Source of the DNA: Verrucomicrobiota bacterium
GTDB taxonomy: Bacteria > Verrucomicrobiota > Verrucomicrobiia > Verrucomicrobiales > DEV007
Direction of reading: 5' to 3'
Length of the DNA: 64,000 nucleotides
Assembly (NCBI GenBank): GCA_045046875.1
Contig: JASFYY010000018.1
Coordinates: 12,886 to 76,885, forward strand
Shown: piece by piece, positions 1-9,365 of the stretch
Layout of the letters: each line of letters starts with the position of its first letter
How positions within the stretch are numbered: position 1 is the stretch's first letter
Position numbers and translations under genes: made by a program
Notes under the pieces: generated by a model
The model's database searches: none
The model's input: the letters and a program-made list of their open reading frames with translations, nothing else
Told to the model about the DNA's origin: nothing

Positions 1-867
1 GTCCTGTTGGTGGTGGGCGGCAATAGCTACAGCAAATATCTTAGGGCTCAGTATGAAAAAGAGTACGGGGTATTGGCCAAAAATCAGCGTCCAGCACCGG
101 GTAGTCAGGCAAATCCCGCGCTTGGCGGTAATGCGCTGGTGCAACCATCGGGGCTTGATTCGGTGGCCAGCACTTTGGACCCCAGGGGATCGCTGCCTGC
201 GGCGTCGATGTCGCAGGGGACTCCCAGCCCAGCTACTGCCCCGCTTGCACAGCAGCAGGCACAGGCTCAATCTTCCCCGCCTGCGTATAGAACAGAGCAT
301 TTACCAGCGGCTACGGCTGCGTCAACAGCGGGTGCGTCAAGGTCTCCGGCAGCTGTCGTGGATCCGGAAATCGCGCAGTTACAGGCAAGGTTGAGAGCTG
401 CCGAACAGGAGATTTTCCAACAAAAAGTAAATCAGACACGTGGAGCTGCCACCATCGCCGCCGCTGAGTCGGGCACGCTGCGTGAGGTGATGAATCAACG
501 GGGAGCCGCGGGGGCAAATGGGGCTTCTGCTGCGCTTTTCCCGCAGGGCGGGGCTGCGGTTGATGAAAAATCGGTGTTTGAAAAGCAGATCTTGAACGCC
601 TCGGTGGCAGGCAAAGTGGTGGCGTTTGACCCTGATTGGGGTTTTGTCCAGATCGATGCGGGCAAAAATAGAAATATTTCCAAGGATACCAAGTTTGCCG
701 TCAGGCGTGGCACATCGATTGTGGGTTATGTGAAAGTGACTGAGATCAATGGCGCGACGGTGCTCGCCGATCTGACCAGTCAAAATAAATTCAGTGAAAC
801 CGCGCGCAAGCCCAAGCCGGGTGATGACGTCATTGTCTGGTCGTTTTTTGAAGAAGCGAGCCGCTGA
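1..867 (+). CDS. Hypothetical protein, 5'-truncated; Pro/Ala/Gln-rich linker, coiled coil and C-terminal beta-rich domain
   Basis: Frame is open from base 1; low-complexity middle, then GKVVAFDPDWGFVQIDAG...VGYVKVTEI...PKPGDDVI, which looks like a folded beta domain. Confidence 0.75.
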   Translation, partial: VLLVVGGNSYSKYLRAQYEKEYGVLAKNQRPAPGSQANPALGGNALVQPSGLDSVASTLDPRGSLPAASMSQGTPSPATAPLAQQQAQAQSSPPAYRTEHLPAATAASTAGASRSPAAVVDPEIAQLQARLRAAEQEIFQQKVNQTRGAATIAAAESGTLREVMNQRGAAGANGASAALFPQGGAAVDEKSVFEKQILNASVAGKVVAFDPDWGFVQIDAGKNRNISKDTKFAVRRGTSIVGYVKVTEINGATVLADLTSQNKFSETARKPKPGDDVIVWSFFEEASR

Positions 868-1017
868 GGCTGGGGGGCAGTTAAGAAGTAATTACCTGAT
901 AGGGAAACTTCCCAAGACCCCAAAGACTTTTTGAATCCGCTTGATTCCCACCAAGTTGCATACAAACCCTAGCAGATTTGGATAAGCTGCCAGAGGTCTG
1001 CGATGGTAGCGTTCAAA

Positions 1018-2811
1018 TCACTCGCCTTCTTTTTTCTCCTTCAAAGTCGATTTCACATACAGCTCGCGCAGTTGTTTAAAATCGACATCCGCCGGGCTGG
1101 CGCTCATCAGATCCTGGCCCTTGTTGTTTTTTGGAAAAGCCATCACGTCGCGGATGCTGTCTTCGCCGCACACCAGCATCACCAGACGATCCATTCCCAG
1201 CGCGATACCACCGTGTGGAGGTGCGCCAAAATTGAAGGCGTCGAGCAGGTGGCCAAATTCGCTTAACTGGGTTTCTTCATCGATTCCCAGAATGCTGAAC
1301 ATTTTTTGCTGCAGCCCGGATTCGTGAATTCGCAAACTGCCGCCACCGAGTTCGGTGCCGTTTAGGATGACGTCGTAGGCTTGCGCGCGAGCTTGGCCGC
1401 GGGTCTCTTCATTTTCCAACAATTCCATGTCCTCAGCCATTGGGCGGGTGAAGGGGTGATGCACAGCGTTCCACTTGCCTTCTTCGGCATCGAAGTCGAG
1501 TAGAGGGAATTCTGTGACCCAGAAAAAATCGTAGTCCTTGTTGTCTTTCAGCAACTCCTGAATGCCGGCGACTTTCAAGCGGATGCGCCCGAGCACTTCG
1601 CAGACGGTGCTCCATGTGTCGGCACCGAAGAGGATCAGGTCGCCTTCTTCGATTGCCATTTTTTCACTGAGCGCGGCTTTTTCTTCTTCGCTGAAAAACT
1701 TCACGATCGGGGATTTCCATTCACCGTCTTCCACTTTGATGAAAGCCAGCCCTTTGGCTCCGGTTTCCTGAGCAAGTTCGGTCAGGCGGTTGATCTGACC
1801 GGTGGTCACGCAGGCAAAACCTTTGGCGTTGATCGCTTTGACCACACCGCCGTTATCGAGAGTGCCTTTGAAAACCTTGAATTTGCTTTCTGCAAAAACA
1901 TCGCTCAAGTCGGTCAGCTTCATGTCGAAGCGACGCTCGGGTTTGTCGCTGCCCCAAGTGTTCATCGCGTCGTAGTGAGTGATGCGTTCGAATTGAGCTG
2001 GAATCTCAACATCCAGAGCATTCTTAAAAATGCGGGCGAGCATTTTTTCAGTCAGTCCGAGGATGTCGTCGATAGTGACAAAAGAAGCTTCGATATCAAT
2101 CTGGGTGAACTCCGGCTGGCGATCCGCACGTAGATCCTCGTCGCGGAAACAGCGGGCGATCTGGTAATAACGCTCGATGCCGCCGACCATCAGCAACTGT
2201 TTGTATTGCTGGGGAGCCTGGGGCAGGGCGTAAAATTTTCCAGGGTTCAGGCGTGAAGGAACCAGGAAGTCGCGCGCTCCTTCTGGAGTGCTTTTGGAAA
2301 GCACCGGCGTTTCGATTTCGATAAAGCCGTCTTCGTCGAGGCTGTCGCGAGTGGCCTTGCTCACTACGTGGCGCAGCTTCATGTTGCGCGCCATGCGCGG
2401 ACGGCGTAGGTCGAGGTAGCGGTATTTCATCCGGGTGTCCTCGTGCAAATTGTCTTTGTCCAGTTGGAAAGGCAGAACCGCGGCGTTGTTGAGGATGTCC
2501 ACTTTTTCGACCAGGATCTCGATGTCTCCAGTGGCCAGCTTGTCGTTGGTGGTGCCTTCCAGCCGGGCGTCAACCCGACCGACGATGGTGATCACGTCTT
2601 CGGCGCGCAGTTTGTGACTGATCGCCGATGCGTCACCGTTTTCTTCCGGACGAAATACGGCTTGAGTGAGGCCTTCGCGGTCGCGCAGGTCGATGAAGAT
2701 CACGCCGCCGTGATCACGGGTGGAATTGACCCAACCGGTCAGAGTGACGGTATCGCCGACTTGCTCTTTGCGCAGTTCGTTGCAGTGATGGGTGCGGTAG
2801 ATGTTGCTCAT
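1018..2811 (-). CDS. aspS: Aspartate--tRNA(Asp/Asn) ligase
   Basis: YRTHHCNELR, RDHGGVIFIDLRD, TPEGARDFLVPSR, LPQAPQQYKQLL, RCFRDEDLRADRQPEFTQ, GAPPHGGIALGMDR. Confidence 0.98.
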   Translation of the reverse strand: MSNIYRTHHCNELRKEQVGDTVTLTGWVNSTRDHGGVIFIDLRDREGLTQAVFRPEENGDASAISHKLRAEDVITIVGRVDARLEGTTNDKLATGDIEILVEKVDILNNAAVLPFQLDKDNLHEDTRMKYRYLDLRRPRMARNMKLRHVVSKATRDSLDEDGFIEIETPVLSKSTPEGARDFLVPSRLNPGKFYALPQAPQQYKQLLMVGGIERYYQIARCFRDEDLRADRQPEFTQIDIEASFVTIDDILGLTEKMLARIFKNALDVEIPAQFERITHYDAMNTWGSDKPERRFDMKLTDLSDVFAESKFKVFKGTLDNGGVVKAINAKGFACVTTGQINRLTELAQETGAKGLAFIKVEDGEWKSPIVKFFSEEEKAALSEKMAIEEGDLILFGADTWSTVCEVLGRIRLKVAGIQELLKDNKDYDFFWVTEFPLLDFDAEEGKWNAVHHPFTRPMAEDMELLENEETRGQARAQAYDVILNGTELGGGSLRIHESGLQQKMFSILGIDEETQLSEFGHLLDAFNFGAPPHGGIALGMDRLVMLVCGEDSIRDVMAFPKNNKGQDLMSASPADVDFKQLRELYVKSTLKEKKEGE

Positions 2812-2849
2812 GATTTGAATGGATTGAATGGAAAATTAAAGAAGCTACT

Positions 2850-4118
2850 TTATAAGCTAAGTAAAAGTTTGTCGGCCATGTCTTCGAGCTCGCTGATGTC
2901 ACAGCTGCATTCTTCTCGTTTGGCCAGAGTTTTGAAACTGATTTGTGGGTAGTCACTGCCGACGATCACTGCGAGATCGGCTTTTTGCTGTTCGGCACTT
3001 TGGAATTGTTTGTTCACCTTGGCTGCGGCCAGAGGAAAATTCACCCGCAGGCCGTTTTCCCGCAAACGCTGCACTACTTGCAGGCCTTCCCTGCGTTGTT
3101 GTTCATCGGCGATCACCACGTAGGCGTCGAGGGTTTCCCCGGCAACATCTTCTTCGAGCAATTGATTGGCGGTTTTGGTTTCGCGGATCAAATCGGTCAC
3201 TACCACATCGCCCATCGCAAATCCTGCCGCTGGCAAGTCCACGCCACCGATCAATTTGACCAGTTGATCATAACGCCCGCCACCAGCGATGGCGCGCATG
3301 CCTTTGCCAATGTCAAAAACTTCAAAAACCGGCCCACTGTAGTAAGCCAGGCCACGCACGATGCTCAGGTCGATGCGGACGAAGTCGCGCATGCCGCGCG
3401 CGTCGAGTTCAGCCAGGATCTGTTGGAGGGATTCGCATTTTTCCTCGGCGACTCCGGAGTCGATGAACTCACGCACCGCAGTCAGACTGGTGCCAAGGGC
3501 GGCGAGTTTTTCGTCCAGCTTTTCTGCTTTATCGCGTTCGAGTTTGTCGATCACTTGCAAAAAAGCGTCTGTTTTTTCAATCTCGATGCCTTCTTGTTCG
3601 ATGAAGATCGACCAAGCGGTGCGGTCGCTCAATTTGATAGCAAAGTCCTGCGCGGTGAAACCCAGTTCGAGCATCAGGTCGATCGACAGCGCCACCAATT
3701 CGGCGTCTGCTGCCGGTGAGGATTCACCGAGGATGTCGCAGTTGAATTGATAGAATTCGCGCAAGCGACCCTTCTGTTGTTTCTCGTAACGAAAAAACTG
3801 ACCGATGGAAAACCACTTCAGTGGCTTTTTGAAATCACGCTGTCGTGCTGCTGCCATGCGGGCCAGGGACGGAGTCAGCTCTGGCCGCATTGACACGTCG
3901 CGTTCGCCCTTGTCGGTGAAGCAAAACAGTTGATTCGAGATTTCCTCGCCGCTTTTGCGTTTGTATAAATCGGTGGGTTCGAGGATCGGGGCATCGTATT
4001 CGACAAAGCCATAACCCTTCGCCACCGCACGCCATTGACCAAAAAGGTAATTGCGTGCCGTGCAGTCAGCCGGATAGAAATCGCGAAATCCCGGCAGAGT
4101 TTGGAATTTCTGAGCCAT
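2850..4118 (-). CDS. hisS: Histidine--tRNA ligase
   Basis: GFRDFYP, RPELTPSLAR, FRYEKQQKGRLREFYQ, VRGLAYYSG, GGGRYD; start placed at ATG 4118 (MAQKFQ). Confidence 0.97.
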   Translation of the reverse strand: MAQKFQTLPGFRDFYPADCTARNYLFGQWRAVAKGYGFVEYDAPILEPTDLYKRKSGEEISNQLFCFTDKGERDVSMRPELTPSLARMAAARQRDFKKPLKWFSIGQFFRYEKQQKGRLREFYQFNCDILGESSPAADAELVALSIDLMLELGFTAQDFAIKLSDRTAWSIFIEQEGIEIEKTDAFLQVIDKLERDKAEKLDEKLAALGTSLTAVREFIDSGVAEEKCESLQQILAELDARGMRDFVRIDLSIVRGLAYYSGPVFEVFDIGKGMRAIAGGGRYDQLVKLIGGVDLPAAGFAMGDVVVTDLIRETKTANQLLEEDVAGETLDAYVVIADEQQRREGLQVVQRLRENGLRVNFPLAAAKVNKQFQSAEQQKADLAVIVGSDYPQISFKTLAKREECSCDISELEDMADKLLLSL

Positions 4119-4222
4119 AAAAAGTGGCTGAAGATGCACGCGCAAGGTGAAAATTCAATGGAAAATATCATTTCCGTGACCCAAGCCCTGTGCCACTGTG
4201 ATCGTTTGCATTTCCCTACACC

Positions 4223-5302
4223 ATGCTGTCGTCACTCGAATTGAACCAATTTCGCTGTTTTGAGTCCCTGCAGATCGAACTGCAACCGGGGCTGACGATT
4301 TTTGTCGGCAACAACGCGCAGGGCAAAACATCGATCCTCGAAGCGGCTTGCGCGCTGATGCGCCTGCAGTCTCCGCGAACCTCGACGCTCGGCGATTTGA
4401 GCCGGATCGGGCCGGGCGGGGGGCAGGGTTTTGCGGTGCGCGGTCAGTTTGGTGATTGCCAGTTGGGCTTGCGCCATAGTGCGCGCGGTGGGCGCAAGCT
4501 GGCGGTGGATGGCGAAAACCAGGGGCGAGCGTCGGCTTATTTGCGCTACAGCGGGCTGTTGGTTTGGATCGCCTCGGATGATTTGATTTTGGTCAAAGGC
4601 GGTGGCAGTCATCGGCGGCGTTACCTCGACTTCATGGCGGGGCAGCTTTACCCGCTTTATCGGCCCGCGCTCAAAGCTTACGAACGCGCATTGCGCTCGC
4701 GCAATTTTCTGTTCAAACGCGACGCCTCACCCGCTTGGGATCAGATTGATGCGTATAGCAAAATCCTGATCGAGAACGGTGCGATTCTTACTCGCTGCCG
4801 GCATGAATTGATCGCCGAGCTGGCTCCGCTGGCAGCTGAGGCGCAAAAACAGATCAGCGAGAGTGACGAAAATTTGCAGATCGAATACCGTGCCGCCTCC
4901 GGCGACGACGATGATCTGGCCGCCGAATTGCAGCGTCGCCGTGGCGACGAACAACGTCGTCGGCAGACGCTCGCCGGGCCGCAGCGCGACGATCTGATTT
5001 TCAAAGTGAACCAGATGCCGGCGGCCAAATTTGCCTCGGAAGGGCAACAGCGAACGCTCGCACTGGCTTTGAAACTGGCGCAGAGTCAGCTGTTTATCGA
5101 AAAAACCGCCCGCCCGCCGGTGCTGTTGATCGACGATGTATTTGGCGAACTCGATCCAGATCGCCGCAACGCCCTGATGCGGGTCTGGCCGACCGATTCA
5201 CAAAAACTGATCACTACTACTCATCTCGATTGGCTGGATTCCAGTCGAGTGGATGCACGGATTTGGAAAGTGGAGGAGGCCCAGGTGGATGCGGCGGATT
5301 GA
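4223..5302 (+). CDS. recF: DNA replication and repair protein RecF
   Basis: NQFRC, Walker A GNNAQGKTSILEA, RRRYLD, GPQRDDL, SEGQQRTL, LLIDDVFGELD. Confidence 0.95.
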   Translation: MLSSLELNQFRCFESLQIELQPGLTIFVGNNAQGKTSILEAACALMRLQSPRTSTLGDLSRIGPGGGQGFAVRGQFGDCQLGLRHSARGGRKLAVDGENQGRASAYLRYSGLLVWIASDDLILVKGGGSHRRRYLDFMAGQLYPLYRPALKAYERALRSRNFLFKRDASPAWDQIDAYSKILIENGAILTRCRHELIAELAPLAAEAQKQISESDENLQIEYRAASGDDDDLAAELQRRRGDEQRRRQTLAGPQRDDLIFKVNQMPAAKFASEGQQRTLALALKLAQSQLFIEKTARPPVLLIDDVFGELDPDRRNALMRVWPTDSQKLITTTHLDWLDSSRVDARIWKVEEAQVDAAD

Positions 5303-5442
5303 GAGTGATTCACAGCGGCTTGAATTCCTTGTTTTTTCTGGTTGTCAATTCCAAGGAGCGGGGTAAAGGTATCGCACTTCTCCGCCTTCGAGTGGGGATT
5401 ACCAATCCGGTCGTCACTGATTCGACCGGAAAAAACACAAAA

Positions 5443-5515
<73 letters not shown>

Positions 5516-5628
5516 CCTTTTGTTGATGGTAAACCACTTGGGTGCTCTACTTGCCCTGACTCATTACAGGGTAAATACTCACTTTCATATCGAAAGTCAT
5601 AAAAAATGCGGTCGCCTTCAAAGATTAA

Positions 5629-5656
5629 TTCGAGCCCGTCCTGAGCCACCTTTTGT
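5629..5656 (+). repeat. Degenerate direct repeat of the tRNA-Phe 3' end (att-like)
   Basis: TTCGAGCCCGTCCTGAGCCACCTTTTGT matches 5496-5523 TTCGATTCCGTCCCGAGCCACCTTTTGT at 25 of 28 positions. Confidence 0.9.
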
Positions 5657-5692
5657 GTTTGAGTGATCAGAAGGTAAATTTGGCCTGCATTT

Positions 5693-6586
5693 TCATGCCA
5701 ATTCTATTGTTTTGGAAAGCGCCTTGGTCTCTTTGTCGTGGAATTCAACCACACGGCTGATTTTTGCATCCATGGTAGTGTCGCCTATTTGATCGAGGTA
5801 ATGGCAGGAGGCGAAGTGCTGGGATTTTTCTGAATACTCGTCTTGCCAATCGCGGAATGTTTTTTCATCCGCGACACTCTTCCACGGAAAATGCTTTTTT
5901 GTCTGCTTTATTCCGCACCGCCACGGCTTTGGACTCAATCGTGCGCGAAAACATTCCTGCCGTTGGCAAAGTTTGACGTATAAAGGGTCGGCCCCGAGCA
6001 GCTCCATGATTCTAGACGTCGTGGTGGAGGTTGGGTCTGCGTGGATATGGGTGATGAGGTATCTCAGTCCAGCAAAAGTTCGATAAATGCGGACGCCGAA
6101 TCTTGGATCGGATAAAGCTAAATTTTGCAGTTTGGCTATCGCCTCATGCTCGAATACCTCACGTGCGCAGGGACTCTTGGATCCGAATAGGCTTTTGACT
6201 AATTCTACAAAAAACGACAAACCTACAGGCTTAGGAAAATCCACGTCAACAAACATGGAGGAAGCCGTATTAAGCACCTTACATCCGTAGGAGTTGATAC
6301 TGACCACGGCGTAGTTTGTTTCAGCATCATCGATCCATTCCTCCAATACCTCCTCCCGCAAAGGGCGGTTACCATAGAGATATTCGTTGCTGCTCGTTAC
6401 TCCTTTTTCCCGTATGATATTCGCAATTGTAGTCGCTCGTTCAGCACCCATTTTTCGAGCTTCCTCCACACTAGAGTTAGACCATCCCCAGCATGAAAAT
6501 GATTCACCATCTTCTCCAGTTGACGGATTTCGAGTCTGAAGAGGAAGCTTCGCCGAACCTTTTGCCCAGTATTTCGGGAAATTCAT
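5693..6586 (-). CDS. Conserved hypothetical protein, possibly AEP/primase-polymerase-like
   Basis: 297 aa ORF with MFVDVD, RIYRTFAGLRYL, ADPLY, CFRARLSPKPWR; the fold assignment is inference. Confidence 0.7.
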   Translation of the reverse strand: MNFPKYWAKGSAKLPLQTRNPSTGEDGESFSCWGWSNSSVEEARKMGAERATTIANIIREKGVTSSNEYLYGNRPLREEVLEEWIDDAETNYAVVSINSYGCKVLNTASSMFVDVDFPKPVGLSFFVELVKSLFGSKSPCAREVFEHEAIAKLQNLALSDPRFGVRIYRTFAGLRYLITHIHADPTSTTTSRIMELLGADPLYVKLCQRQECFRARLSPKPWRCGIKQTKKHFPWKSVADEKTFRDWQDEYSEKSQHFASCHYLDQIGDTTMDAKISRVVEFHDKETKALSKTIELA

Positions 6587-6864
6587 TTACAGTTTGATTT
6601 GTTTGTTAATAACTCTCTCATTCAGCTGATTTTCTGTAAGCTTGTCAATGAAAGAAGGTTCGGGGAAATATGCGGGTAGGAAAACCCGCACTCCTGCGGG
6701 GGAGTTTTTTTAGGGAGGCGGATTTTTCGGAAAATAACAAGGATCGCCCTGTTGATGTCTTACCCTTGGCACTAATATTTGAATAGAGGGCGGCCTTCGC
6801 GAGTTGTAATTGGGATTATTCCGGGCAAGTTTGGCAGGGTGTAGCGGCTAGATGTAGAAAAATT

Positions 6865-8076
6865 ATGAATATCAAACAAGTCATCACTCCTTTTGATAAA
6901 GGTTTTTCCAAAGCGGAGCACCGGGCGGCAGCGAGACCGTTTAATTCGTATCAGCGAAGCAGGCCGTTGCAGAAATGGATGCGGGATATTTTTCGCAACC
7001 AGGTGCCGCAGGTTTTTGCTGAAGGGGAGGTTCATTTGTGTTCGGCCAGAGGGAAGTGGAACTTGAGGGCTTTGCTGGAACAAGAGTCGGTATTGGGGGA
7101 TTTTGTGGTGAAATATTCTCTACGCTCACAAAGTAAAAATCCGCAGAAGCAGGGTTCGCTGGTGTTGAGATTGCTTTTGATGAACTCGCAGCAAACCTAT
7201 ATCCATATGGTTGAGGACGGTGGTTATGATTTGTCGGTGATTTCTTCAGATGCCAATGTGGCGGAGCAACTGTTGTTATCTTTGCGGGAGAAATTCCTCC
7301 CTACAGCCAAAGCTGCTAAAAAGAAAAAAGCATTTTTCAATCTGATCAATGTCACCAAAGAAAACGTGGAATCCAAGCGGATAAAAATGCGGGAGAACTA
7401 TCAGCTGGCGAGTGATGATTTGAACTTACATTATGGTGATCAGTTTGCTGATTGGGAGCAGGGTTTTATTAAAAAACTGGGAGCTGGCTCGCAGGGACTG
7501 ACGATATTGCGCGGCGACCCGGGAACCGGGAAAACCTATTTCATCAGGCATTTGATTTCGCGTTTGAGAGAAACCCATATCTTTTATCTGATCAATCTGA
7601 CCGATTTTGATCTGCTCACCAGTCCTACCATGGTCGAATTCTGGAGTGAAGAGATGCGCGGTAGGGATCATCCCTTTGATATCAAAGGTGATCGGAAGAA
7701 AAAGAAAAAAATGAAGCGGGTTATCATCATTGAGGATGCTGAGCGTTTGTTGTCGGTAAGGACAAAGGACAGCTCCGGCAGTGTCAGTGAGCTGCTGAAT
7801 ATGTGTGATGGTCTGCTGGGGGATTTCCTGCAAGTGCACCTGGTTTGCACCGCCAACTGTCCGGTGGATGATTTTGATCCTGCGGTGGTGCGCTCCGGAC
7901 GTCTGACAGCGATGAAAGAGTTTGTTCCCCTGGACTACACCCGGGCACGGGAGATTGCGGGTAAAATTGGCATCAAGCTGGAAGAGGGTAAGGAATACAC
8001 CCTCGCAGAAATTTACAATCAAGCTCCAAACGGGGTGGAGGATGTGAAAGCGTCTGCGAAAATCGGATTCCAGTGA
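6865..8076 (+). CDS. AAA-family ATPase (single classical AAA domain, BCS1-like)
   Basis: Walker A GDPGTGKT, Walker B IIIEDAE, LLNMCDG, sensor TAN, arginine finger DPAVVRSGR. Confidence 0.9.
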   Translation: MNIKQVITPFDKGFSKAEHRAAARPFNSYQRSRPLQKWMRDIFRNQVPQVFAEGEVHLCSARGKWNLRALLEQESVLGDFVVKYSLRSQSKNPQKQGSLVLRLLLMNSQQTYIHMVEDGGYDLSVISSDANVAEQLLLSLREKFLPTAKAAKKKKAFFNLINVTKENVESKRIKMRENYQLASDDLNLHYGDQFADWEQGFIKKLGAGSQGLTILRGDPGTGKTYFIRHLISRLRETHIFYLINLTDFDLLTSPTMVEFWSEEMRGRDHPFDIKGDRKKKKKMKRVIIIEDAERLLSVRTKDSSGSVSELLNMCDGLLGDFLQVHLVCTANCPVDDFDPAVVRSGRLTAMKEFVPLDYTRAREIAGKIGIKLEEGKEYTLAEIYNQAPNGVEDVKASAKIGFQ

Positions 8077-8160
8077 ACTTGAATGAGTGGGTATGGCGCA
8101 AATAGGCGCGTATGAGAACTCGTTTTAGAACAGATTTGACTGCCTTTTTATTTGAAGGAC

Positions 8161-8185
8161 GGACAGATTTGGAAATCTATCCTAC
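8161..8185 (-). repeat. GTAG-type REP hairpin
   Basis: Reverse complement reads GTAG-GATAGATTT-CC-AAATCTGTCC; a partial inverted partner TTAGAACAGATTT lies at 8125-8137. Confidence 0.75.
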
Positions 8186-8205
8186 GGCAAAAAGGCAACG
8201 GGTTG

Positions 8206-9225
8206 TCACCCGCAATTTTTGACCATTTGCGCGACTTCTTTTTTCACGGCGGCTTTCAGCTCCTTGGGGGCGAGGACTTTGGCTTGTCCTCCCCAGCTGA
8301 GGATCCAGCGGGTGACTTCTTTTAAGTTTCCCAGTTCGAGGCTCAGTTCAATCAGTGAGCCGTTTTTATTTTTCTGGGTGATATTCTGACTCGGGTGCCA
8401 GCGTCTTTCACTGACGAGTTGGGCCGCCCAGCCGGAGAAACGGATGCGGATTTTGTATTTGCCTCCATCGGCTTTGGTATTCTCCCATACTCCGAATCCG
8501 GACAGGTGTTCGCTGAGTTCAAAATCATCGGGGCGCACAAAACGTTTGGATTTTAACAGCTGCATGCCGGTGATGCGCTGGAAGGCAAAGGTTCTTTTGG
8601 CCTTTCGCTTCAGGTCGAAACCGACGACATACCAGCCACCATCGACCTCGGTGAGGTGGTAGGGTTGGAGATGGCGTGATTCTTTTTTCCGAGCACCGAG
8701 TTTTTTGTAATCGAAGCGGATTTCGTGACCTTTCAATACAGCATCGGTGATTTTTTCAAACAGGCGCACGTCAGCAATGGTCACTCCTGGTTCTTTTATG
8801 GAAAAAGCCTGGTCAAGATCTGTCCAGCGAAAGATCACTTGTCCCTGCATGGACGCGGCGATTTGGCGGAAGCTCTGTCCCAGTTGGGCTTCGAGCGGGG
8901 TGCCTTTCAGCGGCTCCAAGGCTTTCCTTGCTAAAAAGAGCGCCACGATATCCTCGGAAGTTGCTTTGAACATCGGGAAGTCCTGTACGGCCTTGTTGTA
9001 AAAGTAGCCGTGACGACTTTTGTCGTAAACGAGGGGCAAATCCAGCTCGTTCTGCATGTAGGTGATGTCCCGTTGGATGGTTTTTTTAGTGACACCTAAT
9101 TTTTTGCTGAGATTAGTGCAGTTGGGATACTGGTTTCTGCGGATCTCGGTGTGTATTTTGAAAAAACGGCCTATGGGTGCGCGGGCATTGCTTTCCCTGG
9201 TTGTCGATCCTGTTCCTAGTGTCAT
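8206..9225 (-). CDS. WYL-domain transcriptional regulator (wHTH-WYL-WCX, YafY/PafBC-like)
   Basis: HTH LSKKLGVTKKTIQRDI, WYL core RHLQPYHL...WYVVGFD...RTFAFQRI, WCX WILSWGGQAKVLAPKEL. Confidence 0.95.
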   Translation of the reverse strand: MTLGTGSTTRESNARAPIGRFFKIHTEIRRNQYPNCTNLSKKLGVTKKTIQRDITYMQNELDLPLVYDKSRHGYFYNKAVQDFPMFKATSEDIVALFLARKALEPLKGTPLEAQLGQSFRQIAASMQGQVIFRWTDLDQAFSIKEPGVTIADVRLFEKITDAVLKGHEIRFDYKKLGARKKESRHLQPYHLTEVDGGWYVVGFDLKRKAKRTFAFQRITGMQLLKSKRFVRPDDFELSEHLSGFGVWENTKADGGKYKIRIRFSGWAAQLVSERRWHPSQNITQKNKNGSLIELSLELGNLKEVTRWILSWGGQAKVLAPKELKAAVKKEVAQMVKNCG

Positions 9226-9365
9226 GATGCTTTGAGTGTGGTGTTACTTTGCCCTGCCTTGTAATCGATTCTATCTGCTAAAAAAGCAAAATTGCCATTT
9301 GGAAGCAAGAATAATCCTGTATCCCCCCGAATATGTCCCACCCTATGGGCTAGGGTGATCATACT

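Noticed and set aside
5406..5430. TCCGGTCG/CGACCGGA hairpin before tRNA-Phe as a terminator
   Set aside because: No U tract follows it on either strand; likely just leader structure
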